Shown piece after piece: positions 49,408 to 58,499 of a DNA stretch of 64,000 nt. Position 1 is the first letter of the stretch. Each line of letters begins with the position of its first letter. The DNA lies in contig CAZSSB010000006.1 in NCBI GenBank assembly GCA_964609245.1, forward strand, positions 34,056 through 98,055. The letters run 5' to 3'. Position numbers and translations under genes: made by a program. Source of the DNA: an uncultured Planctomycetales bacterium. GTDB taxonomy: Bacteria > 4484-113 > JAFGCY01. Under the pieces are notes generated by a model, which saw only the letters and a program-made list of their open reading frames with translations, was not told the DNA's origin and ran no database searches.

Positions 49408-50523
49408 ATGTCAGGGACTTCGCGACGCTTGGCCGCAGGACTCGGGCGCGTGGCGCGCTGGCCGCTGGCTGTGCTGCTCGTCTGCATACTGGCGGGCATC
49501 CTGGTGGTCAACACCGCGCGCGCGGTCAACGTCTACGCCGACTACTTCGTCACGCTGTCGGCGCGCCCGCTGGCGATGGGCGGCACCGGCGCCGCCCTGC
49601 CCCAGAGTGCCGGCGTGTTCTACAACCCGGCCGCGCTGGCCTCGATCCGGCAGCTGACCCTGCTCTACAACCACAGCGCCCGCCACTTTCCCGGCAGCCG
49701 GGAGGGTGGCCTGCGGGAGTGGGACCAACTCGACGGCGACACCGAGGCCATCGTGGTACCGCTGCCGCTGAGCACTTACGCCCATGGCTTCACCTTCTCG
49801 GGCGAAATGGGTTACGACTACCGCGGCCACCCCGAAGGCGGCTCGCTGGACTACCCCCGGGAGCATTACTGGGGCAGCGAGGACTACGACGCGCTCGCTG
49901 CCAGCTTCGGCCTGCCGCTGTCCGCCGGCATCGCGCTGCGCCGCAGCCTGGGGCGTTTCACCCCCGCGGACGATGACCCCGACGGCGTCGCCTGGCTGCG
50001 CCACGGCGAGGGCACCCAGTGGGGGGTGCTGGCCCGCGTCTGGCCCGGTCTGGACTATGGCCACAGCGAGCTGAAGCTGAACTACGACTGGACGGTGCTG
50101 GATCAGCCCGAGGAGGGCCGGCGCGCCCTGCCGGCCTTCGGCAGCAAGCACCTCACCGAGCGCAGCGGCTGGGCACTCCATCCCGTCGGCTGGCTGACGC
50201 TTGCCAGCGACGATGTGACTGAGCGCCACATCTTTGACAAGCACACGGACCTCGGCATCGGTGAAACGGTCGGCCTGGGCCGCATCCACATGGGCAACGA
50301 GGAGATCCTACGCACCCACCGCGGCGGCGAGCTGTCCCTGGGATCGCTGGCGCGGCTGCGTTGGGGCGACTACGACGGCCACCCCACCTGGGGCCTGGGC
50401 CTGAACATGGGCGGGCTATGGCTTAATTACGCGGAGGTCGAGGGGCTGCTACCCAAGATCGTCGGCACGGGCCGTGGTTTCGAGAACGTGCACATCTACG
50501 GCGCCGAAGCAGCGCTGTGGTAA
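49408..50523 (+). CDS. Hypothetical exported protein, possibly an outer-membrane beta-barrel
   Basis: Signal peptide ...LAVLLVCILAGILVVNTARA. Amphipathic beta-like segments. C-terminal ...AEAALW aromatic terminus typical of OMPs. Confidence 0.5.
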   Translation: MSGTSRRLAAGLGRVARWPLAVLLVCILAGILVVNTARAVNVYADYFVTLSARPLAMGGTGAALPQSAGVFYNPAALASIRQLTLLYNHSARHFPGSREGGLREWDQLDGDTEAIVVPLPLSTYAHGFTFSGEMGYDYRGHPEGGSLDYPREHYWGSEDYDALAASFGLPLSAGIALRRSLGRFTPADDDPDGVAWLRHGEGTQWGVLARVWPGLDYGHSELKLNYDWTVLDQPEEGRRALPAFGSKHLTERSGWALHPVGWLTLASDDVTERHIFDKHTDLGIGETVGLGRIHMGNEEILRTHRGGELSLGSLARLRWGDYDGHPTWGLGLNMGGLWLNYAEVEGLLPKIVGTGRGFENVHIYGAEAALW

Positions 50524-50546
50524 CCACACTCGCGTATGCCGATTCT

Positions 50547-50574
50547 CCTGTAGGGGCGCACAGCTGTGCGCCCC
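50547..50574. repeat. REP-like perfect palindrome GTAGGGGCGCACAGCTGTGCGCCCCTAC (family A)
   Basis: 28-bp perfect palindrome in a convergent intergenic region. The same core occurs inside the 222-bp composite repeats. Confidence 0.55.
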
Positions 50575-50599
50575 TACCCGGTACCGCCGTGCCTGCTCC

Positions 50600-52636
50600 C
50601 TACTCCCGGTCCACGGCGCAGCCCTTCTCGGCAGCTAGCGGTGGATCGGCGCGGCCGGGTCTGCTCCAGGACAGTCCGTCACCCGCGAAGTCCCAGGGCA
50701 GCGGCTCCTCACCTTCACCCATGGCCTGCAGGTACGTGTCATGCCCGCCGCCGTCGATGAAGACGCCGAGGCTCAGGATGAAGTCGCGCAGGCTGCCGGG
50801 GCGGACGGAGTTGGCCATGCCCAGCGTCACACCGCGGCTGAGGTAGCTATCATCGCCCGCCTTGTCCCAAAAGACGCCGATGCCGTTGGCGTTGGCCGCG
50901 CCGAGGCTGAGGTTCGGGCACGTGTACCTGTCATTGCCCGCCGAGTCCTCCAGCCAGCCGAAGCTGAAGTCGTGCCCGGCGCCCACGCACATGTTCTGTG
51001 CGCCCTCGTAGGCGTCGTCGCCCGCCTCGTCCTGCAGGATGCCCAGCGCGAAGTGCGCTCCGCTGCCCTGGCAGTACCACTGGCCGAAGTAGCTGTCGCC
51101 CCCGCCCTTGTCCGCCAGGATGCCCACGCCGTACCAGTAGGCGCAGCCCTGGCCGAACACGCCGCAGCTGTAGCTGTCCTGGCCGCCGCCGTCGATCAGC
51201 ATCCCCGCCCCACCGGCCCAGCTGTGGCCGTCGTTGTAGTCACCACGCCGACCGAAGCCGAAGCCCTGGCTGAGGCTGGCGTTATGCTCCGCGCTCTGCG
51301 GGCTGGGATTGATGATGTCAGTGTCATTGGCGATGTAGGTATCGCTGCCGGCAGCGTCGAGCAGCAGCCCGCAGCCTTTGGTGAAGCCGTAGCCCTGGCC
51401 GTACTGATAACACTCGTAGACGTCGTCGCCCGCCAGGTCGATCAGCATCCCGGTGCCGTATGTCCCGCTGCCTTGCACCGCCGTGCGGCCGTAGTAGCGG
51501 TCGTCGCCCTCCATGTCGCAGAGGATGCCGACGCCGAACAGCCCGGCACCGAGGCTCAGGTCCTGGGCCTGGTAGAAGTCCCGGCCACCGGCGTCCAATA
51601 GCAGGCCGATGCCGAACACACCCGAACCCAGACTGCTGCGCCCCCCGGAGTACTGGTCGTTGCCGCCGAGGTCCAGCACGACGCTTAGTGGTTGATCGAA
51701 GCGGGGCGTTCCGCCGCATTCGCTGTACCGGTCCAGGCCCCCGGTGTCGATCAGCAGCAGCGGGTGCGACGGCGGGCCGTGACTGTCGTGCTGGTCGCCG
51801 CAGATGATCACATAGCCCAGCGGGGTGTGTGCGCGGTACTCGAACTCCCCGAGCGGGCCGAGTTCGGCCAGAGAACTGGCCGTCGCGTCCGCCGCGATTG
51901 CAAGGAGGGTGGCACCGGCGTTCAGCAGACCGAGGTCGATCGTCTCCAGCAGCAGCTCGGTCTCGGTCAGCTCGGCCAGCTGGGTCGTGAGCGGCAAAAG
52001 GTCGTCCTCGCCGCGTGTCAGCGCAGCCGTCTGACGCCGGTATGCCTGCTCGGCATCGATGCCCAGGCGTGCAAGCGGCACCTCGATCGCCTGGCGGCGA
52101 TACACCAGCACATCGTGCATCACCAGCAGCAGGACGGCCGCGTGCTGGCGGAGCTCGGGAGGCACGTCGTAGTAGCCGTCGGTGACGTAGTAGGCCGGTG
52201 TCACGTCTTCGTTGAACTCCGCCACCGCCGTTGCCAGTGCCATCGCCTCCAGCCGCCGGGCCTTGTCGCGGTACTCCGCCAGCGGATCGCCGGTCAGGCC
52301 GACGCGCACGCCCATGTCGGCACGGTTCTGCAGGCGGGAAAGCGTCAGCCCAAGGTCGTCCGCCCCCACCAGCAGCTCATCCGTCAGCCGCCGCGTATAC
52401 GGGCTGATCTTGAGCGGGTCGTCGATCAGGGCATTAAAGAACGGCAGGCAGTACTTGTCGCCGCCATAGAACTCGCGATCGTGAACGTCCAGCCGCAGCT
52501 CATCGGGCGTCATTCCGACCTGCGCCAGCGCCGCAGCAAACAGCTCAAGGTCATCCGGGTCCCACGAATCGCGGACGGACGTGCCGGAAGCACCGAGCAG
52601 GAGGAATACACAAAGGCAGATGGCAGCGTATTTCAT
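50600..52636 (-). CDS. Secreted protein with about 22-aa G.G.L.D..G.D.Y repeats (parallel beta-helix-like)
   Basis: Signal peptide MKYAAICLCVFLLLGASG. The C-terminal half has more than 12 repeats of the form LDLGGNDQYSGG..LGSGVFGIGLLLDAGGRDFY... Confidence 0.6.
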   Translation of the reverse strand: MKYAAICLCVFLLLGASGTSVRDSWDPDDLELFAAALAQVGMTPDELRLDVHDREFYGGDKYCLPFFNALIDDPLKISPYTRRLTDELLVGADDLGLTLSRLQNRADMGVRVGLTGDPLAEYRDKARRLEAMALATAVAEFNEDVTPAYYVTDGYYDVPPELRQHAAVLLLVMHDVLVYRRQAIEVPLARLGIDAEQAYRRQTAALTRGEDDLLPLTTQLAELTETELLLETIDLGLLNAGATLLAIAADATASSLAELGPLGEFEYRAHTPLGYVIICGDQHDSHGPPSHPLLLIDTGGLDRYSECGGTPRFDQPLSVVLDLGGNDQYSGGRSSLGSGVFGIGLLLDAGGRDFYQAQDLSLGAGLFGVGILCDMEGDDRYYGRTAVQGSGTYGTGMLIDLAGDDVYECYQYGQGYGFTKGCGLLLDAAGSDTYIANDTDIINPSPQSAEHNASLSQGFGFGRRGDYNDGHSWAGGAGMLIDGGGQDSYSCGVFGQGCAYWYGVGILADKGGGDSYFGQWYCQGSGAHFALGILQDEAGDDAYEGAQNMCVGAGHDFSFGWLEDSAGNDRYTCPNLSLGAANANGIGVFWDKAGDDSYLSRGVTLGMANSVRPGSLRDFILSLGVFIDGGGHDTYLQAMGEGEEPLPWDFAGDGLSWSRPGRADPPLAAEKGCAVDRE

Positions 52637-52648
52637 TAGTCAATTGTA

Positions 52649-52748
52649 GTAGGGGCGACGCATGCGTCGCCCGTGTCGCTCCCACCGACGATTCAGTAGG
52701 GGAGCCACTTGTGGCTCCCAACGCGGGCGGCACAAGTGCCGCCCCTAC
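52649..52748. repeat. Cluster of three family-A REP-like palindromes
   Basis: GTAGGGGCGACGCATGCGTCGCCCGT, GTAGGGGAGCCACTTGTGGCTCCC and GGGCGGCACAAGTGCCGCCCCTAC. Conserved GTAGGG...CCCTAC ends with different but self-complementary inner stems. Confidence 0.5.
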
Positions 52749-52766
52749 CCCGCCTGGCACGTCCTG

Positions 52767-53144
52767 CTATTCCTGCTCGAAGGTCTGCCAGCTGAACGCG
52801 ATCGGGTAGTCGTCGGGATCGTAGGTGAAGAAGTAGTAGCGCTGCTCGGCGGCGTCGGGCGGTGCGCTGATCCGCACCCGCCGCCTGCTAAGCCGCGCGT
52901 AGAGCTTCTCCAGTTCCTCGATGCTGTCCACCGTCCAGCCGATGTAGCTGCCGAGGTCCAGCTGCGGCTCGCCCGGCGAGAGCGTCAGCAGCAGGTGCTC
53001 ACTCGTCAGCCAGGCCATCTCGGGAGCACCGTGGTCGTAGTAGAAGCCAAGCACGGTGACGTAGAAGTCGATCGAGCGCTTCATGTCGCGGACGGTGCGG
53101 TGGATATGCACGCGTCCCTCGGGCTTGACCAGCGGCCTGCGCAT
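52767..53144 (-). CDS. VOC/glyoxalase-family protein
   Basis: Beta-alpha-beta-beta-beta module pattern (VHIHRTVRDMKRSIDFYVTVLGF...). Confidence 0.65.
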   Translation of the reverse strand: MRRPLVKPEGRVHIHRTVRDMKRSIDFYVTVLGFYYDHGAPEMAWLTSEHLLLTLSPGEPQLDLGSYIGWTVDSIEELEKLYARLSRRRVRISAPPDAAEQRYYFFTYDPDDYPIAFSWQTFEQE

Positions 53145-53148
53145 CGCT

Positions 53149-53943
53149 CTATTGTAGGCCCGCTCCCTGGCCGATCGCCAGCGCGACGACGCCCAGCAGC
53201 GCGCAGTACAAGGCGAACCAGCTCAGGCGCGCGCGCTGAAGCAGCCACAGCACGCCATGGATCGCGATGATCCCGCAGATCAGCGCCGCGATGAAGCCTA
53301 TTCCCAGCCCCAGCGGGTTGATCCCACCGGCCGCGATCTCCGCCGGCACGTCGAACGCGGTCAGTACGCCCGCACCGGCGATCACCGGCACTGACAGCAG
53401 GAAGCTGAAGCGCGCCGCCTTCGTGCGGTCCATCCCCAGCTGGACGCCCGCGCCGATCGTCGCGCCGCTGCGGCTGATACCGGGCAGCGCCGCCAGCGCT
53501 TGGGCCACGCCGATCAGCAGCGAGCCACCGACGCTCAGCGCCTGTCGCTCGCCGCCCCGCCGGAGCCGCACGTCCGCCAGCGTGAGCCACAGCGCGGTAA
53601 CCAGCAGCATCCCCCCCACCAGCCGGACCGCGTAGGGGGCCTCGGTGAGCGCCGCCAGCTGGTCCTTGAAGGGCAGCACCAGCACGACGGTCATGATGGT
53701 GCCCAGCAGGATCAGCAGCAGGTAGTTCCAGCGGCGCTCGCTGAAGATCAGCGCGATGTCGCGGCGGTAGACGATCACCACGCTCAGCAGCGTCGCGACG
53801 TGCAGCGCCACCTCGGTGGTAACGCCGGCGGGGTTCATCTTCAGCCAGTGCTCGGCCAGCACCAGGTGCCCGCTGGAGCTGACCGGCAGAAACTCGGTCA
53901 GCCCCTGGATCACACCCAGCAACAGATAGGCGAAAAGCTCCAC
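53149..53943 (-). CDS. uppP: Undecaprenyl-diphosphatase
   Basis: GLTEFLPVSSSGHL and PGISRSGATI motifs of UppP/BacA. Eight TM helices. Confidence 0.9.
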   Translation of the reverse strand: MELFAYLLLGVIQGLTEFLPVSSSGHLVLAEHWLKMNPAGVTTEVALHVATLLSVVIVYRRDIALIFSERRWNYLLLILLGTIMTVVLVLPFKDQLAALTEAPYAVRLVGGMLLVTALWLTLADVRLRRGGERQALSVGGSLLIGVAQALAALPGISRSGATIGAGVQLGMDRTKAARFSFLLSVPVIAGAGVLTAFDVPAEIAAGGINPLGLGIGFIAALICGIIAIHGVLWLLQRARLSWFALYCALLGVVALAIGQGAGLQ

Positions 53944-53992
53944 GCGTGCATTCTAGCTGTAGGGACGGCACTCATGACACGCGCATCCCCGG

Positions 53993-54214
53993 TAGGGGCC
54001 GGACCCCGCGCCGGCCCGTCCCCGGTAGGGGCGCACAGCTGTGCGCCCGTACACGAGGAGAACGACCACAGAGATCACAGAGGAATCAGAGGTGGGTTGG
54101 GAGTAGGGGCGATCCCGCCATGGCGGGACGTCGCCCGCAACGGTGCATCAACCACAGAGATCACAACGAACACACGGGTGGCAGGGAGTAGGGGTCAGGC
54201 TTGCCTGACCCACC
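53993..54214. repeat. Composite 222-bp repeat, copy A (four family-A palindromes plus two ACCACAGAGATCACA modules)
   Basis: Identical base-for-base to 55244..55466 by inspection. The track shows identical spurious peptides at 53946..54191 and 55138..55443. Confidence 0.8.
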
Positions 54215-54248
54215 CTGGAATGCGGGCGAGGCCGGCGGATGTGATCTG

Positions 54249-55217
54249 CTACTTGGGTGGGCCCAGGAGATCGGCCACGTCAGCAAAACCCTCCTCTGTA
54301 GCCAGATCCAGCGGAGCCTTCCCGTCGTCATTCAGGAGTGTGGCATTTGCACCGGACTCCAGCAACAAGAGCACCACATCGCGGTGACCTGCTCTCGCCG
54401 CTTTGTGCAGCGGAGTCTCACCGGTGGCATCCACCGTGTCAACGTCGGCACCAAAGCCCAGCAATACTCCGACGGCCTCCCCGGCACCAGACTCAGCCGC
54501 GAAGTGAAGCGGTGTCTGCCCAGCCGGCACCCACTCGTAACCGATGACTGCGTCCACATTCGCGCCGGCCTCCAGGAGGCATCGGGCCACATCTGCATCG
54601 TCTGTCTTGCAGGCTGTATGTAATGGTGTCGCACCACTCTCGGCCTGCGCATCGACTACTGCACCAGCCCGAACCATCGACTGCGCAGCTTCAACCGTTG
54701 CCGCAACGTGAAGCGGTGTGTAGCCGAATTCGTCTTCCACGTTGCAGTCCGCTCCGGCTTCCACAAGCATTTCCACGATCTCGGCACTGCCGACACCGGA
54801 TGCGTAGTGGAGCGGGCTCCAGGCTGGGGATCCTGTTGCCTGCACGTTCGCCTTGGCACCTGCTTCAAGCAGCATCCGGACTACACCGCTGTGCCCGTTG
54901 ATGCAGGCGAACGCCAGTGGTGTCTCTGCAGCGCGATCAGCGAGATCTACATCGGCGCCGTGTTCCAGCAGCATTGCGACGATGCCGTTGTAGCCCCCCA
55001 GCGCAGCCCAATGCAGGGCAGAACATCCCAGCTCGTCCGTCCCGTTAACGTTGGCTGGGGTCTCCAGAAGTGTGGCAACCTCAGCGGCATTGCCTGCCGT
55101 GGCCGCTGCGATCAACTGATCCGTTTCGGGCGGCTGAGTGCAGGAGAACACCGAGAGTGCAAGCACAACACCCGCGATCAACAGGAGAGTGCCCTTCATG
55201 CATTTGGCGGACATCAC
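54249..55217 (-). CDS. Ankyrin-repeat lipoprotein (about 8 ANK repeats)
   Basis: Signal/lipobox MKGTLLLIAGVVLALSVFSC (ATG 55199; GTG 55217 is the track start). Repeated G.TPLH.A...G...VV..LLE.GA..N units. Confidence 0.8.
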   Translation of the reverse strand: MMSAKCMKGTLLLIAGVVLALSVFSCTQPPETDQLIAAATAGNAAEVATLLETPANVNGTDELGCSALHWAALGGYNGIVAMLLEHGADVDLADRAAETPLAFACINGHSGVVRMLLEAGAKANVQATGSPAWSPLHYASGVGSAEIVEMLVEAGADCNVEDEFGYTPLHVAATVEAAQSMVRAGAVVDAQAESGATPLHTACKTDDADVARCLLEAGANVDAVIGYEWVPAGQTPLHFAAESGAGEAVGVLLGFGADVDTVDATGETPLHKAARAGHRDVVLLLLESGANATLLNDDGKAPLDLATEEGFADVADLLGPPK

Positions 55218-55243
55218 TTGCGCTCCACGCGTCCATTGTATCC

Positions 55244-55466
55244 GTAGGGGCCGGACCCCGCGCCGGCCCGTCCCCGGTAGGGGCGCACAGCTGTGCGCCC
55301 GTACACGAGGAGAACGACCACAGAGATCACAGAGGAATCAGAGGTGGGTTGGGAGTAGGGGCGATCCCGCCATGGCGGGACGTCGCCCGCAACGGTGCAT
55401 CAACCACAGAGATCACAACGAACACACGGGTGGCAGGGAGTAGGGGTCAGGCTTGCCTGACCCACC
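55244..55466. repeat. Composite 222-bp repeat, copy B (direct repeat of 53993..54214), followed by one more family-A palindrome at about 55480-55500
   Basis: Perfect identity with copy A. Flanks the ankyrin gene on the other side. Confidence 0.8.
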
Positions 55467-55527
55467 TTTGAAATGTGGGCGAGGCAAGCCTCGCCCCTAC
55501 ACGACTGCCACCATTACAATACTCCCC

Positions 55528-55959
55528 ATGACGGTTGCAGCGGCAGGTCTGGCCGGCTTCATCGCGCTGATCGAGACCACCCAGCGCGCCTATGAGGAGC
55601 GGTGCCTGGAGGACTACCTGGGTGCCTTTTCCGCGGACTATGCCGGCGCGCAGCTGGGCAGCGATTTCAGCGAGGACGCCGCCGGCCTGCGCGAGCGGCT
55701 GACGGCCGACATGGAGAAGTACCAGCTCATCAGCATGGACTTCGAGATCCTGCGCTGCTGGGCGGCGGGCCCGTGCGCCTATTCCCATATGCGCTATCAC
55801 ACCCGACTCAGGCACAAGACCAGCGGGCGCGTGCTGGTGGACAAGCGCGAGAACCTGGTTTTCGGCCACCCGGAGCAGGGCGGCCGCTGGCTGCTTGACG
55901 GCAAGATCGGTCTCAGCGCGGAGAACTACTTCGAGCAGCCGCCGCCGGCAGATCAATAG
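55528..55959 (+). CDS. Hypothetical protein (N-terminal TM helix)
   Basis: ATG 55528 gives MTVAAAGLAGFIALIETTQRAYEE... The track ORF starts at 55453, inside the repeat. Confidence 0.4.
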   Translation: MTVAAAGLAGFIALIETTQRAYEERCLEDYLGAFSADYAGAQLGSDFSEDAAGLRERLTADMEKYQLISMDFEILRCWAAGPCAYSHMRYHTRLRHKTSGRVLVDKRENLVFGHPEQGGRWLLDGKIGLSAENYFEQPPPADQ

Positions 55960-55984
55960 CGCCGGCCTGTTAGTATTACTCTTG

Positions 55985-57145
55985 ATGGCGGAGCATCTCC
56001 GGATCGGCATTACCTGCTACCCCACCTTCGGGGGCAGCGGCGTGGTCGCCACCGAACTGGGCATCGCGCTGGCCGAGCTGGGCCACGAGGTGCACTTCAT
56101 CTCCAGCCGCCTGCCGGCGAGGCTTAGAAGCCACGCGCTGGCCGACGTCAGCTTCCACGAGGTCAACACCTACAGCTACGCGCTGTTCCAGCACGCGCCC
56201 TATACACTGACGCTGGCGGCCAAGCTGGCGGAGGTCGCCGAGGCCTTCAGGCTCGACCTGCTGCACGTGCACTACGCCATCCCGCACGCGATCAGCGCGC
56301 ATCTGGCCCGCGAGATGCTGGGCGGCCGCGTCAGGATCGTCACCACCCTGCACGGCACGGACATCACCCTGGTGGGCAGCGATCCGTCGCTCAAGCGCAT
56401 CACGCGCTTCGCCATCGACCAGTCCGACGTCGTGACCACGGTGTCTCAGTGGCTGGCGGGCGAGACTGAGCGCGAGTTCGCTCCCAGCGCGCCCGTGCAC
56501 GTGGTGCCCAACTTCATCGACACCAATGAGTTTCGGCCGGATCTGGGCCAGGACTGGGCCGGCAAGCACTACGCCTGCCCCGGCCACCCGCACGTGATCC
56601 ACGTCAGCAACTTCCGGCCGGTCAAGCGGGCCCCGGACGCCGTGCGCGTGATCGCGCGGGTGCTTCAGGAACGCGACGCCCACCTGCTGATGGTCGGCGA
56701 CGGGCCGGACCTGCCCCAGGCGATGCAGGTCGCCCGCGAACTGGGGGTCACCGAGCGCGTGACCTTCATGGGCAACCGCGAGGACGTCGCCTACCTGCTG
56801 GCGGTCAGCGACGTGATGCTGCTGCCCAGCGCCTCCGAGAGCTTCGGCCTCAGCGCGCTGGAGGCGATGGCCTGCGGCTGCGCGGTCGTGGCCTCGGACA
56901 TCGGCGGGCTGCCGGAACTGGTGCGCGACGGCAAGGACGGGTTCCTCTGCCCGCTGGGCGACACCGAATCGATGGCGAGCCGGGTGCTGGAGCTACTCGG
57001 AGATGAGTCGCGGCTTGAGCATTGCCAAGCGGCGGCGCGGGAGCGGGCGGCAGCCGACTTCGCCCCCGCCAGCATCGTGCCGCGCTATCTGGAGGTCTAC
57101 GCGGCGGCGCTCGGCGCCAAAGGACGGGCCGGCCATGGAGCATGA
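55985..57145 (+). CDS. bshA: GT4 glycosyltransferase of the BshA family (N-acetylglucosaminyl-malate synthase-like)
   Basis: N-terminus RIGITCYPTFGGSGVVATELGIALAELGHEVHFIS matches the BshA hallmark. C-terminal GT4 E..E motif region. Stop overlaps the thiE start. Confidence 0.65.
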   Translation: MAEHLRIGITCYPTFGGSGVVATELGIALAELGHEVHFISSRLPARLRSHALADVSFHEVNTYSYALFQHAPYTLTLAAKLAEVAEAFRLDLLHVHYAIPHAISAHLAREMLGGRVRIVTTLHGTDITLVGSDPSLKRITRFAIDQSDVVTTVSQWLAGETEREFAPSAPVHVVPNFIDTNEFRPDLGQDWAGKHYACPGHPHVIHVSNFRPVKRAPDAVRVIARVLQERDAHLLMVGDGPDLPQAMQVARELGVTERVTFMGNREDVAYLLAVSDVMLLPSASESFGLSALEAMACGCAVVASDIGGLPELVRDGKDGFLCPLGDTESMASRVLELLGDESRLEHCQAAARERAAADFAPASIVPRYLEVYAAALGAKGRAGHGA

Positions 57146-58247
57146 GCGACTGGCCACCCTGATCAGTCACCATCTGGCGGCGCTGACCGCCAACCTGGTG
57201 GCGGCGGTCGAACTCGGCGAGCCGGCCCGCCGGCTGCGGCTAGTGCGCGAACTGGCCTCGCTGCGCACGCGCGTCACCCGCGAAGAGCAGATGCTCATCG
57301 CCAGGTTCGATCTGCCGGCGGCGCCGGCGGCCGCCACGGCGGCGACGAGGGCGCGCCTGGCCGCCGGCGGTCTGACGCCGCGCAACCGGATCGTCGCCTA
57401 TCTGCGGGAGTGCCAGGAACTGGCGCGCTCGCTGGAGGGCTACTTCAAGTTCTTCGGGCTGCCGCCGGTATCCCGCTTCTTCCATCAGCTCAGGTTCGAT
57501 CTCTATCGCTGTGAACGCGGGGCGTCCGCCCTCAAGGACCAGGACTTCGAACCACCGGCCGGCCGCGCCCGGCGCCAGCCCCCCGGCTCCGATCGGGCCC
57601 AGGCAGTGCGGACGGCGCTGAAGGCCTGTCCGCTCTACTTCATCCTCGATGAGTCACTCTGCTGCGAGCGCGATCCATTCGAGATCGGCCGCCAGGCGCT
57701 GGCCGCGGGCGTACGCGTCATTCAGCTGCGGTTCAAGGCGCTGCCGGCCCACGAGCTGGTGGCGCTGGCCCGCGAGCTGCGGCCCGCCTGCGACGCCCGG
57801 CACTGCCTGCTGATCGTCAACGACCGCGTCGATGTCGCGCTGCTGGCCGGCGCCGACGGTGTCCATCTGGGCGCCGACGATCTGCGGCCGGCGGATGCCC
57901 GGGTGCTGGGCCCGGAGCTGATCATCGGTGCCACGGCGCGCAATCCCGGGGCCGGGGCCGCCGCCCAGGCCGACGGCGCCGACTACGTGGGCGCGGGCAG
58001 CGTCTTCGGCTCGCTGACCAAGCCGGGACTGCCCGTAATCGGGCCGGAGGGGCTGGCGGAGATCGCCGCGGCGCTCGAGATTCCGGTGGTGGGGATCGGC
58101 GGCATCACGGCGGACAACTGCGCCCAGGTGCTCGGCGCCGGCGCGGGAGGCTTCGCCAGCGTGCTGCCCTTTGCCACCGGTGAGGCAATCGCGGACGTGG
58201 CAGCCAGCCTGCTCGCGGCCGCCGGCAAGGCTGCCACCCAGCCCTGA
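57135..58247 (+). CDS. thiE: Thiamine-phosphate synthase ThiE with an about 190-aa N-terminal extension of unknown function
   Basis: C-terminal 2/3 is ThiE (PLYFILDE..., VIQLRFK, ...GADGVHLG..., IIGAT..., VGIGGI). The N-terminal domain has no recognised motif. Confidence 0.75.
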   Translation: MEHERLATLISHHLAALTANLVAAVELGEPARRLRLVRELASLRTRVTREEQMLIARFDLPAAPAAATAATRARLAAGGLTPRNRIVAYLRECQELARSLEGYFKFFGLPPVSRFFHQLRFDLYRCERGASALKDQDFEPPAGRARRQPPGSDRAQAVRTALKACPLYFILDESLCCERDPFEIGRQALAAGVRVIQLRFKALPAHELVALARELRPACDARHCLLIVNDRVDVALLAGADGVHLGADDLRPADARVLGPELIIGATARNPGAGAAAQADGADYVGAGSVFGSLTKPGLPVIGPEGLAEIAAALEIPVVGIGGITADNCAQVLGAGAGGFASVLPFATGEAIADVAASLLAAAGKAATQP

Positions 58248-58257
58248 GGAATCGCCC

Positions 58258-58461
58258 ATGGTCAAGCTGACAGTCAACGGCAAGCAGTTCTCCTTCGAGA
58301 CCGAGATCAGCGGCGCGCTGCTGCTGGAGCAGCTCGGGCTGACGCCCGCCACCGTGGTGGCCGAACTCAACGGCGAAGTGGTCAAGCGCGAACAGTTCCT
58401 CGATCGCGCGCTCAGCGACGGCGACGTCATCGAGCTGGTGACGGTCGTCGGCGGCGGCTAG
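58258..58461 (+). CDS. thiS: Sulfur-carrier protein ThiS
   Basis: 67 aa, MVKLTVNGKQFSFE...VVGGG with C-terminal GG. Sits immediately after thiE. Confidence 0.8.
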   Translation: MVKLTVNGKQFSFETEISGALLLEQLGLTPATVVAELNGEVVKREQFLDRALSDGDVIELVTVVGGG

Positions 58462-58499
58462 CCCGCGTCGGGCGGGCGCGAGGGGGTATCATCTACGGC

